Source: Chiloscyllium plagiosum (taxonomy: Eukaryota). Taken from it: a DNA stretch of 64,000 nt. Made by a program: the position numbers and the translations under genes. How positions within the stretch are numbered: the stretch's first letter is position 1; each line of letters opens with the position of its first letter. Of this stretch, positions 52,194-64,000 are shown one piece after another. The notes beneath the pieces are model-generated. The model was not told the origin of the DNA. It searched no databases and saw only the letters and a list, made by a program, of their open reading frames with translations. Location: positions 107,321,093 through 107,385,092 of the forward strand of contig NC_057717.1 of assembly GCF_004010195.1 (NCBI RefSeq), given 5' to 3'.

Positions 52194-53530
52194 CAGGTAG
52201 TTCTATAATGCCATAGTTGCATCCAGCAAAACCTCACTTAATAGAAAATCGCTTAATAAACATTAATGAGGCCAATGGGAAAACTAGAGTTAGGGGCATA
52301 CCAGCAAAAAATAACACTCGCAATCACTCAAAAAAACACCCAAAAGCCTAACACAGCTTGAATGAAAATTTAAGTCATATTTATTAATGAAACAAAAGTA
52401 AATTTAACACAGTAAATTGAAAAAATATTATTAATGCAGGGACAGAGGATCATCATCGTCTGCCTGGGTTTCCTCCAGGTGCTCTAGTTTCCTCCCACAG
52501 TCCAAAGATGTGCAGGTCAGGCGAATTGGCCATGCTAAATTGCCCATAGTGTTAGGTGCATTAGTCAGAGGGGAAATGGGTCTGGGTGGGTTACTCTTCG
52601 GAGGGTCGATGTGGACTTGTTGGGCTGAAGGGCCTGTTTCCACACTGTTGGGAATCTAATCTGTATTGTAGTCTGAATATTTAAAGGGGCGGCACGGTGG
52701 GTCTGTGGTTAGCACTGCTGCCTCACAGTGCCTGGGACCCGGGTTTGATTCCAACCTCAGGCGACTGTCTGTGTAGAGTTTGCACATTCTCCCCGTGTCT
52801 GCGTGGGTTCCCTCTGGGTGCTCCGGTTTCCTCCCACAATCCAAAAGATGTGCAGGTTAGGTGAATTGGCCATGCTAAATTGCCCGTAGTGTTAGGTGCA
52901 TTAGTCAAGGATAAATGTAGGGTCGGGGAATGGGTCTGAGTGGGTTACTCTTCGGAGAGTCGGTGTGGACTTGTTGGGCCGAAGGGCCTGTTTCCACACT
53001 GTAGGGAATCTAATCAGTAGCAAATCTAATCTAAAAATTACCATGTTAAGGTGCAGTTGTGGTTGTAGAAGTAGATTGCTGTGATTGATTGTCTTCCGAC
53101 TGTTTCTTGGGGATTGGTTTAGATTATATGATATGCAGGTACAAGAACAAAGTAGAAAGGCAAATTGAATGTATAAGTGTAATGCAGTCCTGCAGTAATT
53201 ATACAGGGCTTATACAAGAATTATACAAGAATATTCTTGTCTCTGAGGGAGAGCAATGAACATTCATTCATTTAATTTTTGAGATGAAGCTGCTCAATGT
53301 ATAATGCTGTACCTCTCACATGCTCTGACATCGGTACATACGCAGAATGGCATGGAAACTTCGGCGTTGACATTGGCACATGTGCAGAAAGAAGCATGTG
53401 AAACAATCGCCGCTGGAATCGTGCTATTGCAAACAGAGGCAAGCGTTCTCGAAAATACTGAGCTTTAATTCTTCAGTGGTGTTATAGCCAAATCGCACTG
53501 CCAAAGCACACTTTATATGAGAACTACCTG
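52194..53530. mobile_element. Second non-autonomous Tigger-type DNA transposon with TA TSD, containing SINE/LINE insertions
   Basis: TA|caggtagttct ... agaactacctg|TA: perfect 11-bp terminal inverted repeat. Confidence 0.8.
52458..53015 (+). mobile_element. Two tandem HE1-type SINEs (5'-truncated about 52458-52661; full about 52687-53015)
   Basis: Same head, V-domain and tail as 45071-45377. Confidence 0.88.
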
Positions 53531-53749
53531 TACTTCATTTGCCATCATGCTGCTTACTCACCTAACTGTCTGTATCTCTTTGCAGTTGCTCCATGTTTTC
53601 AACGCAGTTTACATTGCTACCTTGCTGTTCCTACATTACAACAGCAAACTACATCAACATCCTGAGGTTTAGCATTCATCAGAAACTTCAGTGGATGGCA
53701 GACATAAAGTCACTGTGGCTACAACACACCGAGACGACAAACTCTGCAA

Positions 53750-54355
53750 CATTGAGTATAGGAATTGGGAGGTCATGTTGCGGCTGTACAGGACAATGGT
53801 AAGGCCACTTTTGGAATATTGTGTGCAATTCTGATTTCCCTCCTCTAGAAAGGATGTTGTAAAATTTGAAAGGGTTTAGAAAAGATTTCCAAGGATGTTG
53901 CCAGGGTTGAAGGGTTTGAGCTGTGGGGAAAGACTGAAAAGGCTGGGGCTGTTTCCCTGGAGCATCGGAGGCTGAGGGGTGACATTATGGAAGTTTATAA
54001 AATCATAAGGGGCATGGATAGGGTAAATAAACAAGATCGTTCCCCCAGGATAGGGGAGTCCAGAGCTAGAAGGCATAGGTTTAAGGTGAGAGAGGAAAGA
54101 TTTAAAAGGGATCCAAGGGGCATTTTTTTCATGCAAAGGGTGGTGCGTATATGGAATGATCTGCCAAAGGAACTGGTGGAGGCTGGTACAATTACAACAT
54201 TTAAAAGGCATCTGGATGGGTATATGAGTAGGAAGGGTTTAGAGGGATATGGGCAAAATGCTGGCAAATGGGACTAGATTAATTCAGGATATCTGGTCGG
54301 CATGGATGAGTTGGACTGAAGGATCTGTTTCTTTGCTGTATATCTCTATGACTAA
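53750..54355 (+). mobile_element. CR1 LINE 3' end
   Basis: EVYKIIRGMDRV...RRHRFKVREERFKRD...WNDLP. Confidence 0.88.
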
Positions 54356-54622
54356 CTTACTAAAGCCCATCCACCGCCTCCAAGGCATGACTCACCGAGG
54401 CTTATTCATCAGCCCCTTCCAAACCCGCAACATCAACCAACCAGAAAGACAAAGGGAATAGACATATGGGAATACCATGGCATGCAAGTTCCCCATCAAG
54501 CCACACACCTTTCTGACTTGAAAATACATCTGTCCCTTCACTTGGTCAAAATCCTGGAACTCCCTTCCTAACAGCTCTATGGGTGTACCTTAACAAAATG
54601 GACTACAGCAGCTCACCTTCAT

Positions 54623-54930
54623 GGGCGGCACGGTGGCTCAGTGGTTACCACTGCTGCCTCACAGCACCAGAGTCCCAGGTTTGATTCCAGCCTTGGGTGA
54701 CTGTGTGGAGTTTGCACATTCTCCCCGTGTCTGTGTGGGTTTCCTCCGGGTCCTCTGGTTTCCTCCCACAGTCCAAAGATGTGTAGGTCAGGTGAACTGG
54801 CCATGCTAAATTGCCTATAGTATTAGGTGCATTAGTCGGAGGGAATTGGGTCTGGGTGGGTTACTCTCCGTAGGGTGTGGACTTGGTTGTGTGGAAGGGC
54901 CTGTTTCCACACTGCAGGGAATCTAATCTA
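54623..54930 (+). mobile_element. HE1-type SINE inserted in a LINE 3' end (about 54360-55010)
   Basis: Canonical head and tail; accttc on both flanks. Confidence 0.88.
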
Positions 54931-55964
54931 ACCTTCTCCAAGTTGATTATGGATGATCAATGAATGCTGGTATAATCAGTGCTGCCGACATCCCATTAGC
55001 AAGTTAAAAATAAAAGATTGTAATAGAATGGTCTATATTTATTGGATGAGTGCAGCTGAATTACATGAGATGCTCAGCACCATAAGAATATAAGCAGCTT
55101 AGAAATAGTAACGGAGTAGACCAAACAACTCACTGAATCTGTACTGCCAATTATCACAATCACTACTAAACTTCTGCCACAACTCAATTTTCCTGCTCAT
55201 TCCTCATATCTCTTGATTAACTGAGATCAAAATTCTTCCATTTCAGCCTCAGATATACTCAACAATTGAGTATCTACACCCCTCTGGGATGCAGAATTCT
55301 AAACATTCAAAATCCTTTGAGTGAAGTAATTTCTCTTCATCTTTCCCAGCTGAAAGCAATTGATGCTAAATCAGTTGAAAATTTTACATGAAATAGTTTT
55401 TTGTTAAATAAATGCTGAATACTGGTTATATATGTATTTTTTGCTTGGATATGGGTCAAGTAAACCAGCCTAGATAAGGATGGCAGATAACCTCCCCAAA
55501 GGGACATTAATAAACCAGATGTGTTTCTACATTAGTCAATGATCATCACCATTACTGAGACTAGGTTTATAATGCAATTGTTAGTAACTGAATTTAAATA
55601 TAATCAACTGTTCTGGTGGTATTTGATCTTGTGTCATCTGGATTATTAGGTTAGTGACATTATCACTATGCCACCATCTCCAAATATGGGCAAAGGTGAA
55701 GTGTGTGAGATTACAGATCAGTCATGATTTCACTGAATTTCACTCATTCAACTAAATGACAGACTCTGTTCCAATTTCTCAATATACACCCAATATAGTA
55801 AAACTCAAGTGCTAACGTATTATGAGGAAGTTATGAGATGGAATTTTCACAAGGGTCTTAAAGGAACAGAGGATTGGAAAAATTTAGGTAGGAAATTCCA
55901 GCCCAAGTAGTCCAAGAAAGCAAGTGTGCCCCTGGTGAGGTGAAGGGAATGGAATTCATACAAG

Positions 55965-56625
55965 TCGCAAGTTTCCACCCAGGTTAATAGGGTTGTTAAG
56001 AAGGCGTATAGTGTGTTAGCTTTTATTGGTAGAAGGACTGAGTTTCAGAGCCATGAGGTCATGTTACAGCTGTATAAAACTCTCTTGCGGCCGCACTTGG
56101 AGTATTGCGTACAGTTCTGGTTGCCGCATTATACTAAGGATGTGGAAGGATTGGAAAGGCTGCAGAGGAGATTTACCAGGATGTTGCGGAATATGTAGGG
56201 AAGATTTTATGAGGAAAGGCTGAGGGACTTGAGGCTGTTTTCGTTAGACAAAAGAAGATTAAGAGGTGACTTCGTGGAGGCGTACAAGATGATCAGAGGA
56301 TTAGATAGGATGGACTGTGACAGCCTTTTTCCTCAGATGGTGATGATGAGGGGACATAGCTTTAAATTGAGGGGCAGTAGATATAGGACAGATGTCAGAG
56401 GTAGGTTATTTACTCAGAGAGTAGTAATGGCATGGAATGCCCTGCCTGCAACAGTAATGGACTTGCCAACTTTAAGGGCATTTAAATGGTCATTGGATAG
56501 ATATATGAATGATAATGGAATAGCGTAGGTTAGATGGGCTTTAGATTGGTTTCACAGGTCAGTGTAACATCGAGGGCCAAAGGGACTGTACTACGCTGTA
56601 ATGTTCTATGTTCTATGTTGTATGT
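55965..56625 (+). mobile_element. CR1 LINE 3' end (different subfamily, (tgttcta)n tail)
   Basis: LYKTLLRPHLEYCVQFW, RGHSFKLRGSRYRTDVRGRLFTQR. Confidence 0.85.
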
Positions 56626-56739
56626 TCTAAGTCCAAAATTCTGGAAGATGTCAAAGATTAGTGAGATATGATAGTTTGAGGCTTCACATACAAGGATGAT
56701 AACATAAAATTTTAGGTATCTAAAAACTGTGTTGCCAAG

Positions 56740-57510
56740 TTCCAAAAGTTCATTGATGACAGCACTGTAGTAGGGCAGATATCTAACAACAACGAGTCAA
56801 TACACAGAAAGGAGACAGAGGGCTTGGTGACGCAGTACAATGAGAACAACCTCTCTCTCTCTCTCAACATCGGCAAAACTAAAGAACTGATCATTGACTT
56901 CAGAAAGGAGAACATGCCCATCTACATCAAGGAAACTGAGGTTGAGAGGGTGGAGAGCATCAAGTTCCTCAGAGTTTCAATACCGACAACCTATCCTGGA
57001 CTTCCCACATAGAGGCAATAGTCAAGACCTCTTCTTCCTCAGGTGGCTCAGGAAATTTCGCATCTACAGATACATCATTGAAAGTATACTGTTTGGGTGC
57101 ATAATGACCAAGTAATGGCAACACCTCTGCCCAAGACTCAAAGAAACTACAGAAATTTGTGTGTACAGCCCAGATCATTACAGAAGCCAACCTTCCATCC
57201 ATGGTCTCCATTTGCACTGCTCGTTGCCGTGGAAGGGCTACCAACATCATTAAAGTCCCATCGCACCCCAGGTGTGATCTCCTACAACTTCTTCCATCAG
57301 ATAGAAAAATCAGAACACATGCACCAATAGGTTCAGGAGCAGCTTCTTCACAGCTGTTATTAGACTGATGAATGGAATTTCTAGTCTCAAATAATGCTGA
57401 TCTTGTTAATGGTGATCTCGTTTAGCGCAAGCTCTTTGCAATCTGTTTTTTGCAACCTTTGATCTGTACATCGTTGCTTACTATGATCTGCCTGTATTGC
57501 TTGTAAACAA
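56740..57510 (+). mobile_element. Rex1/Babar-like LINE RT/3' fragment
   Basis: KFIDDSTVVGQISNN...NNLSL..NIGKTKELIIDFRKE; YRYIIESILFGCI; NIIKVPSHP...QLLPS. Confidence 0.7.
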
Positions 57511-59429
57511 ACTATGGAGGCCAAATCACTGAACATATTTAAGAAAGAAATAGGTAGATTTATAGACAACTGAAGGTTTCAAGGAGTATAGGAAGAGAGT
57601 AGGACAATCACATTGACATAGAGGATCAGCTATAATCATGTTGAACTGCAGAGCATGCTTGATAGGTCAAATTGCCTAATTCTACTTTTTCTATGTTTCC
57701 ACAGTGGTTTTGAAAGGGATGGGGGAAGTCGTAGACCAGAGGAAATATTGACACTGTCAGCTGCTTGGGAGCAAGGAAATAATTTTGGACAGTAGCAATT
57801 TAATGGGGACAGAGTCAAAGAGGCAAAATGTGAGTGTCATAGATAAGACAAGCACTGGTAGAGCATGAGAGGCAATAGGAGAGGATCTAGAGTGAGTTGC
57901 AATTTCAATTTTATGGCAGAAAAGAGCCTGGACTGAGTTAAGTTTGGTGGGCAAACAGAAAAAGGGAAGCAGCAGCAAAAGTTAAACAAATTGTCTCAAA
58001 ATCGTTGAATAAAAGAAGCCCTTAAATCTCATGCCCTTTTGTAGATGAGGATAGAGATGAGAAGGAAGATGTGCAAGAGCTGGTAATGGAGCAAAGAAGA
58101 TAGGGTACTACTCAACAAATGCTCTCTGATAATTCATCAAATGAATGTGTGTGAACTATTCCAACATGGGACACAACAGTCAACCCTGATCCCATGTGCA
58201 CATACATACACTGGACAATGAGGAGGAGAAGCAACTGAGCTGATTTTTACACCTTTCTGCCCTAGAGGCAGTGAAAACAGTTTTGATTCTGCAAAACAGA
58301 TCCGACCTGGGTCTTACTCATCCTGTGTGAATTAGTACATTTAAAATTAACTACTGAGCTACCAGAGAGTTTAGAAAATGTCATTTAAACAAGCTGGTAG
58401 AATGGTTAACACAACAGGACATTATCGATTTTAAACATTTTCAACCAGTTGAAATCTTTTTCTCACCTCCCCCCATCGTCTGTTGATATCCTTTGTGGCT
58501 TACACCTGCTTCCCTGGTTCTCAAACCTGTCCACGTCATATTAAGCAAACCCCAATTGGTTCGGATTACATTTGCAGTCAACAAACATTTTTTACAGCCT
58601 GGGTAAGAAGGTAAACAGCAGAATCACATTTGAGTTTTTATTTGATTTTATAACGATTCTAGTATCCCATAGAACAGGATTCACATAACCCAATGACATG
58701 TTGAGAGGGCTGGATCAGTCCGGAGGAGGTGACTGTAGCGCAAATTGGTGAATCACTATCTGAATTCATTATATATGTTTAATATAAGTATTAAATTAAT
58801 GCAAATTATTAAATGCAGGGGTGAGATGTAAAAGAAAAATGCATCCATTCAGAATAGCTCTTAGCAAACAGAGCTCTAGTTAACATTCACAGCCATGTCT
58901 GGCAGAGAAAGATGAATTGTCGGTGTCTTTTACTGGCTCTATCCCAGGAAGTGTGGCAGAGAATTTCATTGATTCAAGAGAGGAAGCAAACAACAGGACG
59001 ATTTTTAAACTGCCTTAAATAATGTAACCATAGCAACAGCAGTGGGAAAAAAAATCTACAGAAGGAGAAAATAATCTCCAGAGAATGGCACAGAGCAAAA
59101 TCAGTCTCCTCTCTGCATGTCTGACAGGACACTGACAGGAGGGTTACAAAAAGTACTTGGAAAAATAACATTCACTTCATTCCCCCTGGTTTGTGACTCT
59201 CTCCCAAGTGATAGTGTGGCTTCTTAAAGCAGTTCACAGATCCATCAGCTAATCAACATCACTGCATACAAATCTCTTGGCATCTCACGAAAATGGTCAT
59301 ATTTTAAGATTTACAAGTGAATTGAGTTATTTCTGTGCAATTTGATGACAACTTGTCATAAAACTTAAAAATGTTGCACAGATGTAAAGAAATGAAAAGA
59401 GTATAGAAAATATATTTCTGACATGACAA

Positions 59430-61710
59430 CATGACATCAGGTCAAACATGGGCAAGAAAATCTCCTGCTGATTACCACCTACCTCACCTCCCCCCACCCC
59501 CGACTGATGAATCAGAGGCCCTCAATGTTGAATATCACTTGGAGGCAACAATGATGGTGGCAAAGGAACAGAATGTACTCAGAATTGGGAATTTCACTGT
59601 CCACCACCAGCAGCACTACTATAGACTGATCTGATCGAGTTCTATTGGAAATAGTTGCCAAACTGAATTGTGAGGAAATCAATAAAAAAGGGAAAAAAAA
59701 ACATACTCCATCCTCCCCAATCTGCCTGCTGCAGATGTGTCTGTCCATTACAGTATTGATAGGAGTGTCAACTGCACAGTCCTCCATCATGGTGTGTGGC
59801 ATTATCATTGTGCTGAATGGGATAAACTTTAAACAGATCTAGCAATACGAGGCTGCATACCCATGAGGCACTATGGGCCATCAGCAGCATAATTGTTTTT
59901 GAACCTAATGGCCCAACATATATCCCCACTTTACCATGACGTCAGGGGATCAAAATAAAGAGAGAAAATATTGAAGAAACAACACAGATCTGGCAGATCT
60001 ATGGAAAGAGAAATGCTTTAAATGATTATTCTTCAGTGCCAGTGGATCAACCCTGGTTCAAAGGAGTGCAGGATATACCAGGAGCAGCATCGGCATATCT
60101 AAAAATGAGTTAACAACCCGGTGAAGATCAAAGCCAGGGCTATTTGCTTACCAAACAGCAAGTGATAAACGGAGCTAAGCAATTCCACATCCAACAGATA
60201 AGATTTAAGCTCCACAGTCCTCAGCCAATTTGATTCACTCCACACAATATCAAGAAAGCTCTGGATACTGCAATGGCTGTGGGCCCTGAAAACATTCCAG
60301 CAATAATTCTGAAGGTGTGTGCATCAGAACTTTTAGTTCCCATAGCTAAGCCATTCTAGGACAGATACAACACTGGCATCTACCCAATGGTGTAGAAAAT
60401 TGACCAAAAAGCGGGACAAATCCAACCCAGCCAATTACCAGCTCATTTTATTCTCAATCATCAGTAAAATGATAGAAGCTGTCACAAATAGCACTTGCTT
60501 AGCAATAACCTGCTCAAGGACCATTCAGTTCCTGATCTCATCACAGCTTTAGTTCAAACATTTACAAAACTGATGAATACTAGAGGTGAGGTGAGATTGA
60601 CTGTCCTTGACATGAAGGGCACATTTAACCAAGCGTGACATCAAGAAGCCCTGATAAACCAAGGGTCAAAGGCAAATCAAGGAGAAAATTCTCCAATTGT
60701 TGGAGTCGTACCTGGTACAAAAGAAAATGGTTGTGATTGTTGGAAGTCAGTCGTCTCACTTCCAGGATCCTCAGCAGTGTCCTAGGCCCAACCATCTTCA
60801 TTTGCTTCATCAATGACCTTCCTTCCATCATAAGGTCAAAAGTGGGGATGCTTGCTGATGATTACACAATATTCAGCATCATCCATGACTCCTCAGACAC
60901 TGAAGTAATCCATGTCCAAATGCAGCAAGACCTGGACAATATCCAGATTCGGGCTGAGAAGTGGCAAGTAATATTCACATTACATAAGTGCGAGGGAATG
61001 TCCATCCCCAACAAGAGAGAATCTAACCATCACTAATTCACATTCAAAGGCATCATTATCATTGAATCTCTCACTATCAAAATCCTGGGGGTTGCCATTC
61101 ACCAGAAAAAAGAATCAGACTGGCCACATAAATACTGGACAGAGGCTCAGAATCCTGCGGCAAGTAACTCATGTCCAGATTCCTCAAAACCTGTTCACCA
61201 TCTGCAAGTCATAAGAAATATGTGATGGAATACTTGCCTCTTACTTAGATGAATGCAACAACCCCCACCAAGCCTGTCACCATCCATCCAGGACAAAGCA
61301 GTCCACTCAATTGGCACCACATCCACAAACTTTCACACCATTCATCACCAACACTCAGTAGCTCCAGCAGTCCATCTATAAGATGCAATGCAGAAATTTA
61401 TTAAGGCTCCTTAGACAGTACCTTCCAAACCCATCAACACTACCACCTGAAAAGGCGAGGCAGCAGATACATGGGAACACCTACAAGTCTCCTTCCAAGC
61501 CAAATACCATCCTAACTTGGAAATATATTGCCCCTCCTTCAGTATCACTGGATCAAACTCCCTCCCTAACAGCACTATGGGTGTTCTATTAGCAATGACT
61601 GCAGTGGTTCAAGAAGGCGGCTCACTACCATTTTCTCATGGCCATCTAGGGATGGGCAATAAATGCTGGTTCAGCCAGTGATACCCACACCCCACGAATG
61701 AACAAAAGCA
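59430..61710 (+). mobile_element. Decayed non-LTR retrotransposon, same family as 1270-2890
   Basis: SVLGPTIFICFINDLPSIIRSKVGMLADDYTIF; 3' tail gggcaataaatgctgg...cacgaatgaacaaaa. Confidence 0.78.
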
Positions 61711-64000
61711 GTGAAGAAAACATCTGAAGATATTTCATGGATGGTGCAAAAAAGATGCACTTCATCTCAGTTTGGTTTTGCCGGGAGGTCAACATTACTC
61801 AATCCCCTCCCATCCTTCCCATTCCATCCCTCCCTTCACAACTATCAAATGCTTACAGGATGACCAAATATTTGGCAGCATCAGGTTCTGCTGTTACTGC
61901 TAGAAGCTACTCCTGCTAAGAGATCTGCTGTCATGTTATGTCACACTCAGCTATTTTGTACCATCCTCACATATGGTCTCCAGCTCATCTGCAATCAGAC
62001 CATGACATCCAGGATGTTATAACATAGATTTTCAAGCTCAGCAACAGAAGCAGCAGATTTACTAACTGTTAAAATATTTTACAAATGTGAAACACTCCTA
62101 TACTTACTCAAAAAATCTGCTATGTCTCTGAAGTTTTCAGCAGGCTGTCTCAACAGTTCTAAAAATGCATGTTTTATACCAAAATTCTCTTTCTTTCCTT
62201 GTTATTGCATTGTGTAAATATATTTAATAGTTAATTAGTGAGTAACAACTAACATATCAATAAATTTCCAACAACAACTCAAGTTGCGATCCTGCACTTA
62301 GCACACATATATCCTATTTCAAACCCATCTGCTACTGTCCCATGCCTACTCTATCCCTATATACATACCCATGAGCAATGCTTCTACCTTGACTCTGTTC
62401 TATTCCTGTTCAGCCCCTTGACCTACACATATCACACTCCAATTTCAGTTACAGACTCAGTAAAAGAAGAATCTTTGTTATTACAGTTGTCTTAATAGAG
62501 GTCTCTCACTTTGAGCTCTCAAAGCACCAGCCTTTAGGTTCTTGCTGAAGCTCAGAATCAAACTTGATATAATTAAACCTTGCGCTTTTTCTCGTCTCCA
62601 AGTTTTTATGTAACTTTAAGTTGTAATTGCAGTTTATTCTTGCATTAGATGGCTTTGATGCTACTTGAAATAGTATGATTACTACATCAATGACCCACAT
62701 GATGCTGCCTTTTAAGATATGAACAATCTGTCAGGATGAGCATGGGGTCTGTTGAACTGCAGCCAGACCAGGTGGGTGGTAGATTTCATCCAAGGTGGAT
62801 TTAATTCTCAACACCTGCTCAGCCTAGGAAGTGAAAATAAATAGTTTGTATGTGACAAGGGAATTAACCCATCAAGTTCTGAACAATGTTTATTTCTCTC
62901 TTTCTTGTTCCAACTTCCCTTGAATAGGTTATAGGGCAGGAATCCTCTGAAAATTCACTAATGAAGTTGAAGATATCTAATTTCTTCAGAAAGTATACCT
63001 GGAAGGTTAGGATTCTTCTTTATTTTGAGTCCAGAGGATTAGTGTTGCCAAACCATTTGACTGTGAGACTTAGCAAAAAGCCATGATCCTGTCCTGATGA
63101 AAAAACATTTCCAGAAGTCAATGTAGAATATTAACCCTAGCTGATTTTCCTTCCACTTCCTATTGAGGAGGCACTAGGAGAAACAGTGTAACACAACAGA
63201 AAATTCAATGACTGAACACAGACCAGGATGATGACCTACCATTTGCTCTGCACAGCTGTGTCCTATATTATTGTTCCCAAAGAGACTTATACTCGAAACA
63301 TTAACTCTGTTTCTCTCTTCACAGATGCTGAATTTTTCTAGCCTGTTTTTTTTAATTTCAGAGCTCCAGCGCTGTAGGATTTTGCAGTATATATCCTACA
63401 TTATACATTGTGTAGTCAAATAAGCCACTGAAGGAGCTTTCTCCATATTGGTTTAAAATGTTCTTTTTGACCCTCTCCTCAGAACACTGCTGATAGACGT
63501 AAAACTAACAATGCAGAAATGGCATCTGCTAACGGTTCCTTATGATTGCTTGTATTCACTGTTAGTTATTTCTTGATAATTATTAGTTCCACTTTAATTT
63601 AAGCTACTAATGCCAGCATTAAAATAGTGAGCAAAGATAGTGGACAAGTAAGTCAAATATTTGTCCACTAAACATACCGCAATGGTAATTTCTAATTTAA
63701 CACAGTTAACTTACATAATTTCCTAACCAATGGCTCCTTAATGTTTTTAACAGTGCACAGCATGTTAACTAAAATGCATATTTAGCTTATATTATCATAA
63801 TGACCATTTTGAATGGTATGGCAGGCTTGAAGGGCTAAATGGTCTATCCCATTCCCTATTTTCTATGCTTCTATATCAAAAATACCACATTTAATTTTGT
63901 GATGCATCATATAAGTAGGAACTTAAAGGGGATTGGGCTGCATGTGGACTTCCAGGTTGCTTCACAGCTGTGCAAGTTGCATTTAAACGTATCGGTTAAT

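Overview
Vertebrate genomic DNA, very probably from a shark or other elasmobranch, judging by the many HE1-type SINEs and HER1/CR1 LINEs. Most of the window appears to be intronic sequence of a PDE4 cAMP phosphodiesterase gene on the minus strand, probably PDE4A. Two coding exons of the long-isoform N-terminus are recognisable: 50419-50378 (MKKSSSVLAVNAED) splices in phase 0 across a 42-kb intron to 8185-7953 (...RPTTLPLLIPPRIAIT...). Nested in that intron on the opposite strand is an intact, intronless 553-aa JRK-like pogo/Tigger transposase ORF (42870-44531). It has a complete DD32D triad, a CpG island with ETS/YY1 motifs and a good Kozak context. Its TIRs have decayed and its 3' flank has been invaded by a MITE and a SINE, which is the profile expected of a domesticated transposase gene. 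The rest is layered retroelement debris: CR1, L2, Rex/Babar and Tx1 LINE fragments; a decayed Gypsy element with both LTRs and a templated insertion; Penelope elements and short Penelope-derived fold-back insertions carrying minimal-hammerhead-ribozyme motifs; and Tigger-type non-autonomous DNA transposons. Boundaries of old repeats are approximate, and family names come from recognition, not database searches.
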